From Lama guanicoe (lineage: Eukaryota), in NCBI GenBank assembly GCA_013239625.1, contig MU054323.1, positions 1,922,001 through 1,986,000 of the forward strand: a stretch of DNA of 64,000 bases. The letters are read 5' to 3'. Positions 1 to 13,187 of this stretch are shown here, piece after piece. How positions within the stretch are numbered: the first letter of the stretch is position 1; every line of letters begins with the position of its first letter. The notes under the pieces are model-generated. The model ran no database searches. It was not told the origin of the DNA and saw only the letters and a program-made list of their open reading frames with translations. Both the position numbers and the translations under genes were made by a program.

Positions 1-605
1 ATACTGCCAGTCTATACTGGGTCTCTGTTGCTTCAACCAGCAACCTACCCTCCCATCCCTCCCACTATCACAACCTCACACACTCCACGAAGATTGAACT
101 GTGTCCACCCTAGGAAATAGACTGCATGAGACTTCAGCATTAGCAAGTTTGCCCCAGTGCCTGGAACAATGCTTTACCCATGAGAGTAATTATTATTTGT
201 TACATGTATAAATAAACAATGACTCAAATACCAGTAATATTTCTTTCCCAGTGTAGTGAAGATGACAAAATACTTCAAGATTTGCAGTGCCGATGAGAAA
301 CTGGCTCTGTGATGAAGAGCAGAAATTGATTGCATTAGCAACCTAATTGTTCTGTTTCTTCACTTCTCACTCTACATTTCTCCTCTCCCTTTGGCTACAC
401 TTGTCTCACCCTATATATATTCATCTAGACTATCTTGGTATTTTTCTCCCTAAGTCCCTAAGCTTTTTTATTTCTCCATTCTCTCTCTTATGATCTCTGG
501 CTTTTTTCAATTATTACTTTGTATCTATTGTGACTACTACTTCTGTATTTTATTCCTTTTTACCTTCCTCATTTTAATCTCTTTTTTTGCTTCTCACCTG
601 TCTTG

Positions 606-636
606 CCAGATCACTATCTCACCAGATCACTATCTC
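606..636. repeat. Short tandem duplication (16-bp period)
   Basis: CCAGATCACTATCTC at 606-620 and 622-636; partial third copy CAGATCAC at 647-654. Confidence 0.85.
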
Positions 637-830
637 TATTCTGTATCAGATCACAGTGGGACTCTAACTTTTATATATTTATTTAGCATCAACTATTTAT
701 TTATTCAGTATTCATTTGCTATCTCTTGGAATAAAGGGTTACCTTCTTTTTTCTAACTGAAAGAAGAGCTATTTAATGTATTAAATTAATGTATGTAATT
801 TAAAATAGTCTATGGAATTTAATATTAATA

Positions 831-854
831 TTAGATATTAATATTAATATCTAA
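831..854. repeat. 24-bp perfect AT-rich palindrome in low-complexity AT tract
   Basis: TTAGATATTAATATTAATATCTAA equals its own reverse complement. Confidence 0.9.
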
Positions 855-2668
855 ATTAAATATTAGATATATTTAAGTTAAAGACTAAAATTAAATATAT
901 TTTACATGGGGAAGATAATACAACTTTTTATCCATTTCTAACTCTTGATTAATTTTGCTTTTCTTGTGGATTAGAAGACATTACTAGGAAAAAAATTCCT
1001 ATCCCTCTTGTAAACATGGGTCTATGATGTATTTTATTAAGCCAAGGCTAAATCCACAAACAGTGACTGTGACAAGCAGGTCTGATGACAGTACTGTTGA
1101 TTAATCTCCATAAACTGGAGCATTTGCATTTAGGAAACTGAACAGTTAAGGAACACTCAGCCTTATATCAGCATGTTGGGTATTCACTGACTGGTGAATA
1201 TTGACTATGCATATTAGTCAGAATTGTCCAAAAGAATGAGCACACTGTGGCCACTGGTCTGGCTGTGTTGACAGATGTATTCCTTGGTTAGAGAATGCTT
1301 CTTTATTCAGCCCATTCGCCAGACCTCAGTACTGCCTCTACCAATTCTGCTCTGCTACAGAGCTGGCCCCAGTAGGAAAGGAAGAGAGAGGTAACAATCC
1401 CTGTGTCTCTGCCTGAGGGATGGCAGGTGACACGGTTACGCCTATACTTCCCAGGCACTAGCATTGCAGCTCCACTTGATCCCTTTTGTCTTTTGTTCTC
1501 TATGCCTTCCTCCCTGCTGCTAACCTCACAAGTGCTCAGTGCTCTGTTCTCCATCCCTATATCATAGCCCTGGCAGAAGGATGTTCTTCTTATTACCAAC
1601 ACAATAATCTCTCCCAGAGGAGGATGTTCAGCCTTGAACCTTGGCTCTCGTTGGGAATTGATATTGGAAATGAATCTGTTCCTTAAGGTCCTGAGATATT
1701 CAAAGCTCTCAATTTCTTCTGCCACCTCCACCCCCATGTCCTTGATAATATATGCCCAGGGTCCACAAACATTTAATTGGAGAGCTCAGTTGTGTAATTT
1801 TCTCCTCTTTAGACTACCCTATAAGTATTGAAATTGAACAAGATCTTTCAAAGTACTTAAGTGATATTTTGTTGATGTACACATGGGGGTGAATAAATAT
1901 ACATATATTAAATAATTATTTATCAGGCTAATTAGCCCCAAACCATTAGCTTTTTTTTTTTTAGGTAAAGCCTAATGCTTGCAGGGAGGAGGTGTTTTTG
2001 TCAAACTTGAATTCTCCTGGGACAGCCTGCAAAAGTGGATTCACAGACTGCAAATGTGCTTCACGTTTTTGCAGTGAGGAAGGGAAAACTGAGATCTCTA
2101 GCATAAAACAGTACGTGTATTCCACAGAACCTGTGTGTGAATTATTTACATTCCATTCCCATGATTACTCAATTAATGAGGCCAATTAGTGCACACCGTG
2201 CTTTGGAGTAGCATCAGCAGGAACTAAATGAGCCTTTTGGGGGGATGTTTATAGATTTAATTGATTTCAGGACAAGGAGTTGACTGACAAGGGTAGCTGC
2301 TTGTAGGGAGCAGTTTGCACCCAAATGGGAATGAACCATGAGATTGAACAGATGTTGTTCTGTCTTCTTAGTGCCTGGAATATGGTGCGATGTTCTCACT
2401 TACTTCTCTACCAGGGAACTCTAAAATATAGTCAAAGGAGACTGTCACAGGCCTGCCACAGCATTCTACACAGCAGGGCAGCATGTATCCTCTAGAAGGT
2501 TTGTAGTTGTTGCTATTTCAGCTATCTTGCTAATCAGTTAAAATAAAAAGAGTAAAATGACCAACAATGTTTTAAAAATTGATTTGTAAATTGTACATTG
2601 ACTTAGAGAATGACTTGAAATCCCTTTGAATGTATTTTATAATTATCCTGATTAATTTTGGGAATAAA

Positions 2669-2790
2669 AGTGATGGCTAATTTTATGAGTCAGCTTGACT
2701 GAGCCAAAGGATGCTCACATCACTGATAAATATCATTTCTGGGTATGTCTTTGAGGGTATTTCTGGGCGAGATCAGTAGTAAAACAGGCA
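2669..2790 (+). mobile_element. ERVL MLT2-family LTR, 5' fragment
   Basis: GTGATGGCTAATTTTATGAGTCAGCTTGACTGAGCCAAAGGATGCTCACA...ATTTCTGGGTATGTCTTTGAGGGTATTTCTGG resembles the recalled MLT2 5' end; similarity is lost after about 2790. Confidence 0.8.
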
Positions 2791-4534
2791 ACAGAAGAGT
2801 TTTACTATGCACACTTTTTGCTTTGCCATTCTACGGACATGTAGTGCTTTCATAGGGACTGGTTCTTATCAAGGAATTAGGATCTGACCGCCGTGAAGCA
2901 GTACATCCTTCGTAGGGGGAGCCGTCACAGTCTCGTCAGTAATCACTAGGCTATAGAAAAGCCACGGACATGTAAGCACTTATACAAGACTCCCTTATCA
3001 TAAAGGGAACTAGAGGAATAGGCTGGAGAGATACAGGAAGATTTGTCAGGTTGGCTCATAGAGTTCATATTTCTTCCAGGTAAGTATAAATGATCTCACT
3101 ATCGAGGAACTGTGTTAAGTCATGCTATTTTTTTTCTTTTAGGAAAGATATATTATTATAATTAACATAACCGCATAGAGACCTAGGTGAGCACACTTAA
3201 AACGGGTCACTCACTCTGATTTTCTAGATTTAATATCATTTCTCCTTTAAAAAAAAGAATGTGCACGTTAATTTGCTATTTCCTCTCACCATCTGTTACC
3301 ATAAGCTCATAGGCAAAATATAGCTATAAATCATAGTTACTAAAGTTTTACTCTTCTCGTCTCGTGGGATGTATTCATTAGAGTGTGTATATGTTTGTGT
3401 TTATAGACTCACATTATCTTTACCTTCTGTGTGTTTCCTCCAGATAAGGAGCAAAGTAAACTTTGCAGACATTAATTAAAAGATCAAACCTTAGAGGACA
3501 GTGACTTTGAACTTCTAAGATAGATAACAATCTTTAATCAGCACCAGTCATTTTTAAGCAACTTATCTGTGAATTGGATACAAGTGGATTCACTTATGTG
3601 ACTTTGTTTCCTCTTTTTGGTAGCAGATTCGTCATTACAGAATGGTCTTTGAATAGCCTGTCGGTACATCTGGATCTACTTGGTGACTCTACAGAGGAGC
3701 TCATGCACCAATTGAGTTGTCTTATTAGCATGTAAATGACTTCGCTATTGGTCTCTCCATAGTGGTTTTGACCATGTGTTTGCCATACAAGATATAAGAC
3801 AACAACAACAACCAATGAACAAAATAGAAAAAAATTTCCAGAACCATTCTCTCAAAGAAAGTAACTAAGTTTTATTCTCTGACTAAAATATCATACAGAA
3901 CATCAGAGAAATAAACTTTGCAAACTTATCATAATGGCCTGCATCCAAGCCAATAACTTTAAAAATCAAAGCGAGACAGATAATTCATCTGTGTTCCAAA
4001 ACGATTTATACCGTGGTAACCAATTACCTTTAGTCTCTCTTTCTAGTATGGCTATCAGCCACAGCTCTGTGTGCTAGATTTGCAGAACTATATAATTCAG
4101 CATGATAATAACCTTATTTTTCTTGGTGAGGAGGGGTGATAAGCCCCTTAATTTGCCACAGAGCTCTTTGCTCATTTTCTTTCTAAATTCGGCATGGTAA
4201 AATGAGTTACTTTTTTCTCACACCTGTAACATTCCACTGTCACCTTGGCTGTGTTGTGGTATTAAAAAATTTAAATCTCTCTGGTGAATAGCCAATTGTG
4301 ACCTTTCTTTTTATGGAAGATGTATTCCATTTCCAATTTTCCTTGGGCTGCAGCAGCTTCTAATGCAAATGAGTGCATGTCTTCTAAAATGTCACTAATA
4401 AACTCCCTGTCATTTGGTATTAGAATAAGATATCACACAAGAAATCACCTTTATGCTTCAAGACAAATCATCAAATGAAAACCCAGATGAAATTTACTAA
4501 TATATTTTATTATCTAATATGTTAGAGTAAAATT

Positions 4535-4568
4535 TGTGTGTGTGTATATGTGTATGTGTGTGTGTGTG
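4535..4568. repeat. (TG)n imperfect microsatellite
   Basis: Direct reading. Confidence 0.85.
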
Positions 4569-4699
4569 GTGATTTATTGATGTGAGGTAAATTGTAGAGT
4601 TCAGAGCCATTTTTTTTTATATTGGGGAAAATGGTTATTATACTTAATCTTTGTTTTTCTGCATACAGGCAAGAACAAGAAAGGTAGATAAGTACAAAT

Positions 4700-4880
4700 A
4701 AAGAAGTGCTATATTGGAGTCCAGAGATCCAGGTTTCAGCCTCATCCCAGACTTTGTTTCCTATGTGACCTTGGGGGGAACACCTTTCCTGAGCCCTTAC
4801 TTACTTGTCTAGAACCTGGAGACATCCATACCTGCTCTATTTCCTTGGTTTTTCATGTGAGGTAATGTTCTTAGAATCTG
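4700..4880 (+). mobile_element. MIR SINE remnant
   Basis: TGGAGTC..AGA..CCAGGTTTCAG...CTATGTGACCTTGGG...CTGAGCC MIR core motif. Confidence 0.65.
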
Positions 4881-6928
4881 TGAACTGCTACTTAGGTGGA
4901 ATTGCTTTAAAGTTGAACTAGATTATTCTTGGTCAAAGGGTATGCCAGTAATGAAGTCACTGTGTCAAAATATCCCTTTAGCAATGGAAACTTTGTCAAT
5001 GGCTCCATCATCTATGTGTATTTTTATTAATCATGCCACTTGAAGAATAACAACAGTAGGTAAGAGTTATTTGAGGCACATATTTGGCTGACTCTGAGGT
5101 TGATTGCTGGTAGCAAGTAAAAGTAAGAGTCCCTAATCCCTGTCTCTTAATCATTGCCAAGCATTGTCCCCGGGTATTTCTGTTTCTCATAACAGACATG
5201 AAGATAAGTCAATGAAGGCTCAGGGATGATGTCTTGCTCAGGCCATAGAGTTAGTTCCAAGCAGAGTCAGAATTTACACGTGGCCAGGATAGCATTCCTG
5301 TTAATGTGTCAAGCATTTGACAAAACCCTTATAACAACAGAAAGCTGCTCCTAAAATACCAAAAGTTGCTATAGCTCCTAGGGAGGGTCACCAACAGGCC
5401 GCATCTTGAGGGTGAAGGAAGGTGTCTGTTTCTTGGAGAAAAGCTTTTGGCAGCTGTGAGAAATGGTTCTTTTCCTTCATCTTTTCTTACCTTTTATTTG
5501 AGCTTTGTTTCTGAAAAGCCAGTATCATCTAGACACTGCCCTTTGGTGCCCCTGCCTCCACTTAACTTTTTAGTTTTAAAGAAACTGATCCCATTACATA
5601 GTCAAAGGAGAGGCTCACATTTCTATGATAACTAATTATGCATAAAGTTGTCTATTTAGACTCAGTTCTTAGCAATTCATTGCCATAAGCAATGACAGAA
5701 GTGGACTGTATGTAAAGGCAAACTTATTGTCAGCATAATGTATATTGTGTAAGATTTCTAACTCACATATTATTAGAATTGTAAGGTGATCTGGGCACCA
5801 TCTATGCAAATTGCTTCTGTTTGCTTCAGGCTGGAAGAAAAAAGCCCAAAGAGAGGAAATGGCCTGCCTGTGGTCACATCTCACAATCTGTTATAGCTTT
5901 CCAGAAGGATCCATATTTTTTTTAACAAATTATCTTTCCCATTTTCTCATGCTTTTATTTCCTTTGCTGTAACCAAATATTCCAGCATAGAGCAACTGTT
6001 CTACTTGCTACAGAGTTAACAATAAATCGACTTAAGTTCCCATTCACCATTGTTTATGAATTGGGAGTCCTGTACTAACATCTCTCCCAGCACACGAACA
6101 TTGTCAACTTCTAGAGAATGACCAAAGGCTCCTCCATGGGCTTCTTGTGCTCGTGATAAAGATTTCATTTATTAGTTTAAGCTGATCTTGCCCCATCACA
6201 CTACCCACTGTAGTTTAAGGCTAATAGATGCTGCCTTTGAAAAGTGTGCTTCTGTGAGACTCATGAAACCTTGAGATGACAGTGTAAGTCTATAGAAAAT
6301 AGAATTTGACTTACCCAAAACATGTTAGGACTCTCAGATGTATTAAACACCGTACTTGCTCCAAAATATTGTCTTTCATATCAATCTTAAGTTCAGCTTT
6401 TCTTCAAGATTCTATCTTACAAACCACTGTGTATAAAATGGGAATGACATGTAGGAACAGAATTTCTATGTATAAATGAACAAATTAATTATTCATATAT
6501 GGAATAAAAAATTAAGAAGGTATGTAATTTTATTTTGGTTCTGTATCTGCCTCATCAGAATGACTGTCCCCTGAGTAATCAATTCATAAATAAAAGCAGA
6601 GTGTCATGCTGGGAAGAGAAAGAAGGAAACATTTTTAATTTGAGGGTCCTTGTCTTTCCAAAATATAATTCATTGCTCAAATGTACCATTTTCCATTAAA
6701 AAAATAGAATTACTATAATTTACCTTTTGTTTCTATTATTGCTTCTCTTTCATTGAGTGACTCATTATAATTCCTCATCAATTCTATTTATCTTTTAGTG
6801 AATAAAATAGTAAGATGTTAGAAATATATTAATATATTAAGACATTTTCCTTTTCACCAATTTAGTGTTTGAGGTTTGGATATATGCCTATATATGTATA
6901 CTTATACACATATTGGAGACTACCTACA

Positions 6929-6977
<49 letters not shown>
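6929..6977. repeat. (TATC)n tetranucleotide microsatellite, about 12 units
   Basis: Direct reading. Confidence 0.95.
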
Positions 6978-6978
<1 letters not shown>

Positions 6979-7574
6979 CAGTGTGTTAAAAGTAAAGAGC
7001 AAACAGAGAGAGACTTCTTAGCAAATACAGAGAGATTTTGTGACAGATATTGAAGGAAGAAAAAATATATTTAACCCAGATATCGGTTAAGAACTAGAAA
7101 CCTATTCAACACTGACACTGAAAATTTAGAATGGCATAGGAGAAACTCATGGGAAAACTTAAAAATACTTTGAAATATCTCAAAGAATCAAAATCACGTG
7201 TGAGTAAATGTAATCAAATCCAGGGAAGAGAAAAAATATATTATGCAGGCCCTGGTCTTGCTGCAATAGAATTTGTTGCTTAATTATACATTTTTCCATT
7301 TTATAAAATGATATCATTATAATACTTCTTTTGTTGTTGTAATTCTATTAATGTTGTGGCTTAGACCCAAGGAATTTATTGAGGAATATGGATAAAAATA
7401 TTTGATGATTATATTAGTGTCCAATCCTGAATATGTCAGAATCAAAGGGGACATGCATCCAGTCTCCTTCTTTAGATGTGAATCCCTCTCTGGCATTCCC
7501 AGCATGTGGAATACATGTGATGATGGATAAACCTCTCCCTGTCAATTCTGATGATTCTTTCTCTGGAAATCTAA

Positions 7575-7800
7575 TTTATTCATTCAGCCAACACTAAGTA
7601 CCTACTATGTGCCAAGCATGTTTATGCACTGGAATATATACAAAGGAAAAAGTAAGGCACTGCCTCTGAGTGGACACTGTCACAGTCTAGTGAAGGGAAG
7701 AAATGTATAAATAACTTTTGAGAATATCAAGTAATAAGCATATGGTAAGAAAATCTTAAAAATTCTGAAGGAAATCAGAAGAGGGAGTGATAGACACTGG
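7575..7800 (-). mobile_element. LINE-2 3' end fragment
   Basis: ATTCATTCAGCCAACACTAAGTACCTACTATGTGCCAAGCA...CACAGTCTAGTG is the typical reverse-strand L2 3' end. Confidence 0.7.
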
Positions 7801-9374
7801 ACTAACATGTGCAAAAGATTTGATTCATTACAAATTTCTGTTAAGTTCCCTATTCTTTTTCTGTCTGTCTGTCTCTTTTTTTCTCTATAATGTACAAGGC
7901 AAAATTATGTAGCCCTTTTTAAATCTTGACAGTCACAATTTCATGTTTCATCTTTCTGTGTCTGCCTTGTTCACGTTCTTACCAATAAACCTAGTAATGA
8001 ATTTTACCAAAAACATATTCAGATGACCTAATGATGCATTAATCAAGTTAGCATGCCTCCTAGGACATAATAATGACTTGTGAGCCACTACAGGGCTTGG
8101 TGAAAAGAAAAATTCCCTGATAATCAGAGATATTCATCAGTGTAACAGGCTGCTGTGTGAGTAGTAAGTTCTCTGTTCTCAGAACTAAGTAATTTTATAA
8201 TTCTGTGGATGTGGAATCTTATTTTGTTGACTTTTGAGTTGACAAAGTAACAAGAGTTGTGAGTTGGCTCTATAAGAAAACCTTTAAGTACATACATTTA
8301 ATGATCTTAATTTTTTGTTCTCTCTTTGGGTGCAATTCTACAATTCATGTTTTTGATGAAAATGCTGAGAATTCAGGACCAGGGACAGCGATTTCCATCC
8401 AAGATGACGGGATGCTGGTTTGATACAAAATAGTAGCAACAACAATAGCAACAAAGATCTTAGTGGTAAAGATACTATATAATGTGTAAGGATATTAAAC
8501 AATGTATCCATCTGATCAACCTTTTACATTTCAGAGTTGAGAAGGAGGAAAATTCAGTTATTGGGCAAACCACTTTACTATTTCTCTTAATCCTCCCAAC
8601 AAATGTGTGTGGTAAATACTGTTATTCAGAGATATTTATTATGTGTATTCATATGTATGTATACACACTTTTATGTATATGTATAATATGTTTACAAGCT
8701 GTCAATATGTTTATGAATGAGGAAGTGAGGGTTTAAAGCAACTTTCTCAAAGTCACATTATTAGTAAGAGATTCAGTCCTACTTATGATTTCAAATCTCA
8801 TTACCTTTCTACCCATAGAAGAGGAAATACGCAAAAAAAAAAAAAAGGAAAGGTTGCATCTGCATAGCCAAAAATAATCATGCAATTTGACCAAATTCAA
8901 AGAGAAGAAGAGTGCAATTTTATAGGGAATGGGGGAGAGACATTACTGAGAAAAGTAGCTTATCACCAGCTATATTTAGTTGTTTAAAACACTTTGCTTT
9001 ATAACATATATATATTTATAACTTACATAAATATATATATAGATAGAAGTTTTATTTTCTCAAAATGACTCTGACCCAGTTTAGGACACACTTCTTCAAC
9101 GTGCTCTCCCCTCCTATTTCTTTGCCCTTGGAAAACCTCACTCATCTTTCAAGGTCTCAGACAGAGCTTTGTTTGCGGTTGACCACTGAGAATCATTACT
9201 GATTTTAAAAGAAACATAAAAATTTAAAATTTTGTACCTTTACAATACTATTGATGAAGACTTGGCTTTTGGAATATCCAGTTTTATAAATTACAAGAGA
9301 TCTCTTCAGTATATTAAAAAACAAACAAACAAACAAACTCCAGAGCCATCTTTTAAAGATATACCTAACACTGT

Positions 9375-9490
9375 GTGTAGAGTAGTGGAAAGAACACTAG
9401 CCCAGCAGTTAGGAGATATGGATCCTTCCCCTTACTCATCACTGACTCTCTGTGCAACTTATAGTTAAGCATATTACCTTTCTGATTCAC
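9375..9490 (+). mobile_element. MIR remnant
   Basis: GTAGTGGAAAGAACACTAG...AGTTAGGAGA..TGGATC...ACTGACTCTCTGTGCAACTT. Confidence 0.6.
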
Positions 9491-9493
9491 ACA

Positions 9494-9849
9494 ATAGAAA
9501 TTTAATTAGTTACTATACAGTACGCTTAGCTACCTGTCTTTCCAACTTAACTGTGGCTGCAGGCATCATCACACTTCTTTTATATTCAGTAAACACCCAG
9601 CAGTGTACCCAGAAAGTACTAAGATGTCTAACTTTAATTGATTTAAATAAATTGAATTTTATTTTTCCTCATAGAAATTTAAATAGTTACTATACAGTAC
9701 GCTTAGCTACCTGTCTTTCCAACTTAACTGTGGCTGCAGGCATCATCACACTTCTTTTATATTCAGTAAACACCCAGCAGTGTACCCAGAAAGTACTAAG
9801 ATGTCTAACTTTAATTGATTTAAATAAATTGAATTTTATTTTTCCTCAT
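9494..9849. repeat. Tandem duplication, 2 x 177 bp
   Basis: Copy 1 9494-9670, copy 2 9671-9847; one mismatch seen (TTTAATTAG vs TTTAAATAG); 2-bp AT microhomology at the junction. Confidence 0.95.
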
Positions 9850-12800
9850 GTATGGAGAATGAATAATAATCCTTTCTCTGCATACTGCTCACTTTGTCCT
9901 GTGGTGAATCATTGCATGTGAAAGATTTTTAAGGGAAACTTTCCCTAAAGCATTATGCAAATAGAGAGACTTAGATCAGTTTACCTCCAAAGAAGGAGAT
10001 CTGACTTACATGGCATAAATGTGACTTCAAGAAATAGAGGAAAATTAAATTCACTGTAAGGTGAATAACAGCAACCAGAATACCCATTTTAGAATCTAAG
10101 TGTTGAAACCTCATGCGCTACAACAATTTCCCTGAAGCAGCATTGGAGAATGAGATTCTCATCTATTTCTCTGTGTTTATCTATGGGTGATTACAATTGA
10201 TTTGTAAATATGGAATATTGATGCCCTCATTTAAAAGCAAGACTGTCATCTTTCTATGTTACACAATGATGTATCACAAGGGCTCAATACTTTCATCCAC
10301 ATTTTTGCTTGAGCTTCACAAAAACTTAGTGATTCAAACAAGAACCTGTCCCACATTTTTGGAAGACTAAGACCCAGTAAAATGAACTGACATGCCAATA
10401 TAAGAGTTTCTTGGTATCAGCCAAGATAAAAACATGACGTTCAACCATCTTTCAGCAAGGTCATGAGCATAAGGTTATCACTCCAAAAACTTTCAAAGAT
10501 CTTTATTCTCAGGGACATCCTTTAGCTGAAATGTTTGATATTCTTCATATTTAGGAAATGTAGGCTTAGTTTATATGGAGTGGATTGGGATATTTAAAAA
10601 AAAAAAAACTCTAGCCATTGTAGTCTCCATTTTGACATCTTTTTGTCTTCCCATAAAGTCTTAAAATGATTATGCCAATATCAGCAATAAAATTCCTTCC
10701 CTGTTCCTCCCCACAAAATTACAGATGGTGAATTAATAAATATTTTTGATATTTTTACATTCTATGACTCATTTTCAGGCTAAGTGTAGCTTTATCCAGA
10801 TGTTCAAAACTCTGATCTAGAATAAAGGGCAAGTGGAATTTATCAAGCCATTTACTGTCTTCTAGCCACCAGTTCTTACATATGACCACGGCATGAATAA
10901 AAACTGTAAAATTAAATTACTGAAATACACAAAATAGCTTATTTTCATGCCTTCATTGCTAGTATTGTTTAATGTGTGATCTAGATACTGCACACGGTAT
11001 CTTGCATATCACTGGTTTACCAGTATGTTTAAAAAAATAGATATTTTTAATAGAGCTATTCAGAAATACACTTATAAAACTCACAGAATGTATGAAACGA
11101 AAGCCACGTGCTTTGAAGAAGTTAAGAATACATCACTTTTGTGAGAATTAATATGATTTTTCTTACTCCTTCCTATTTCCTAGTAGTGTCATATGCACAA
11201 AAGGGATTTTGATGTTTCATAATCTTTTTAATAAATATGGAATACCAAAAAAATGCAAATGAGTGTTCTAGGTTCATCATAAGCAGGTATCAGTAGTATA
11301 GAATATACTTAATTTTATAAATAATTCAATATGCAGATGTAATTATGCCCAATGCTTATAATGTTTTCTGTGCTCCAGTTACTGCCATTTTACTTAAATT
11401 ACAAAATCTTAAAGAACTATGTGTTAGAAGCTGAGTGCTGATTGGTATTCTATGTTCCAGGAATGGCACAAGATTCCCGCCTACTTTGGAGGTACTTACC
11501 ATTTATATGGGTGATTAGACAAAAAAAAAACAGGTCAATGCCCTTGGGTGTTTCCAGCCTTATACCTGGAGAATTATGCAAGGAGGCTTTTACCTCCTAG
11601 GTCTCTAAGATCTTGCTCCTGGCACGGGGAAGCCGCTTTATCATCTGCCAACAATAGAGGGAAGGTTGAGGAAGAGCAGTCTCACCCCTGAGATGGGTGG
11701 GCTAAGAGAAAAACCAACAATCTGTCCTGGACTATTTGGCCACCAGGTTTTATTGACCCTCCTTGTTTCAAATACATTTGAATTAAGATCTATGATCCGA
11801 GTTACATGCCCATGAAATATATAATAACTAACAATGTGATATAATACACAGCTTCCACACCGGGGGGGTCCATTACAAAGAATTCTCCCACTAGTGTTCC
11901 CCTTGTTAAGCACCAGAGCACTTTCCATGTCTGAACTGGGATCTCCACGGTCTTGTCTTCTTCATTCATCTCCAGCCCAGGGCAGCCCCTCTCCCTCATT
12001 TCCACTGGCTGCCAAACTTCATCTGCTCCTGACCAGGGGGTTTCATCTATGTGAAGTGAGCAGATAGAGTGAAGTGTAAGCCTCTACCTTGGCCTTTTCT
12101 TGCTGCCCAAACTGATAAGCCTTTAGGAACTTTGTTCAAAGGGTTTATTCTTGTGGGAAAACATATGATAAAGGATTATATACACAGTGAAGTGTGTTAT
12201 CAAATTCTTACCAGGGACTTACCAAGTTCTGTTATCAAGTCCCTGTCTCAGGCCTGACTCCCTCCGAGGGGATGACGTCTGCTTTGATTCTCAGGTGTGA
12301 GAGTCACTACTCCCCTCCTAGACCCTTGGGCTTTTTCTGTCCTGCCTTTGGGAAGCCTACTGCCTTATTGTGGACCCTTTCTGCCTTGTTGACTCTTTAT
12401 GCAGCCCTGAATTTGAAGTATAGACAGAACAATGTCTACAAATTTTATTTTATGAAGGGTAAATGAGAGGAGAGGAAGCTTGGTTACTGAGAGGGTATAG
12501 AGGGATTTATCTGAACACTTATTGAGAGTCTACTGTGGGTCAGAAAGATTTGATGATAGCTAGATGAATGGGACAAGGTCTTAGCTCTCTGGGAATTTTA
12601 GCATTGTGGGGCATATGTGGGGGGAAAAACGTATTTTGAACTAAGAAACTGGAATTATCTGGACTGGAGGATAGAAGTCTAGAATTTAGGGGGAGAGTAG
12701 GGGAAGCTGGTAGCTGTCTTCAAGTAATGGCAGAGCAGTCTTGGACAAAAGGGTTGTTCTCAGTGGTATAAAGGGCTTGAACTAGGGCCAGTGATTAAGG

Positions 12801-12943
12801 AGAGCTGGAAAATTTAGTTTCTGCTTTATTTAATGAAGAACTTTCTGATAATCAGAGTTGCTGACTTTGGAATTGGCTCTGGTGTGATGATGTGATGAGT
12901 TTCATCTCTGGAAGAAGGATGATCATTCATTGGGACAATGTAC

Positions 12944-12967
12944 AGGTCATAGAGGTCATACATGTCA
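12944..12967 (+). promoter_or_regulatory. Perfect DR3 nuclear receptor element (VDR/RXR-type), with a third degenerate half-site
   Basis: AGGTCA tag AGGTCA tac ATGTCA. The motif is certain; function is untested. Confidence 0.4.
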
Positions 12968-13173
12968 TATGGGTGTCCATGGGGCCCCAAGAGACTCTTA
13001 AATATTTGGGCTGTGCGTTCCATCACTTTTTGGCTTGTATTTTCAGAACTACATGGACTGAGTGGTAAACTACTGAATTGCAAATCTAATTTCTCACCTA
13101 TTATTTGTATCTTGTTTTATTCACGCTAAAGTCTGCCTTTTGAAAGGAGCACTTTCATCACGCAGTGTAAAAA

Positions 13174-13187
13174 CATTTCCGGAAATG
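13174..13187. promoter_or_regulatory. 14-bp palindrome with back-to-back ETS cores
   Basis: CATTTCCGGAAATG gives CCGGAAAT on both strands; AP-1 TGACTCA at 13273-13279. Confidence 0.35.

Noticed and set aside
1181..1220. Two adjacent short hairpins near an octamer motif
   Set aside because: Stems of only 6-7 bp; no miRNA or snoRNA features recognised.
3143..3186. 44-nt exon between 63-nt and 41-nt introns as a compact coding gene
   Set aside because: Stops in all frames, and the introns are too short for typical mammalian splicing.
9553..9921. 122-aa ORF with an internal repeat
   Set aside because: By-product of the 177-bp tandem duplication; non-ATG start.
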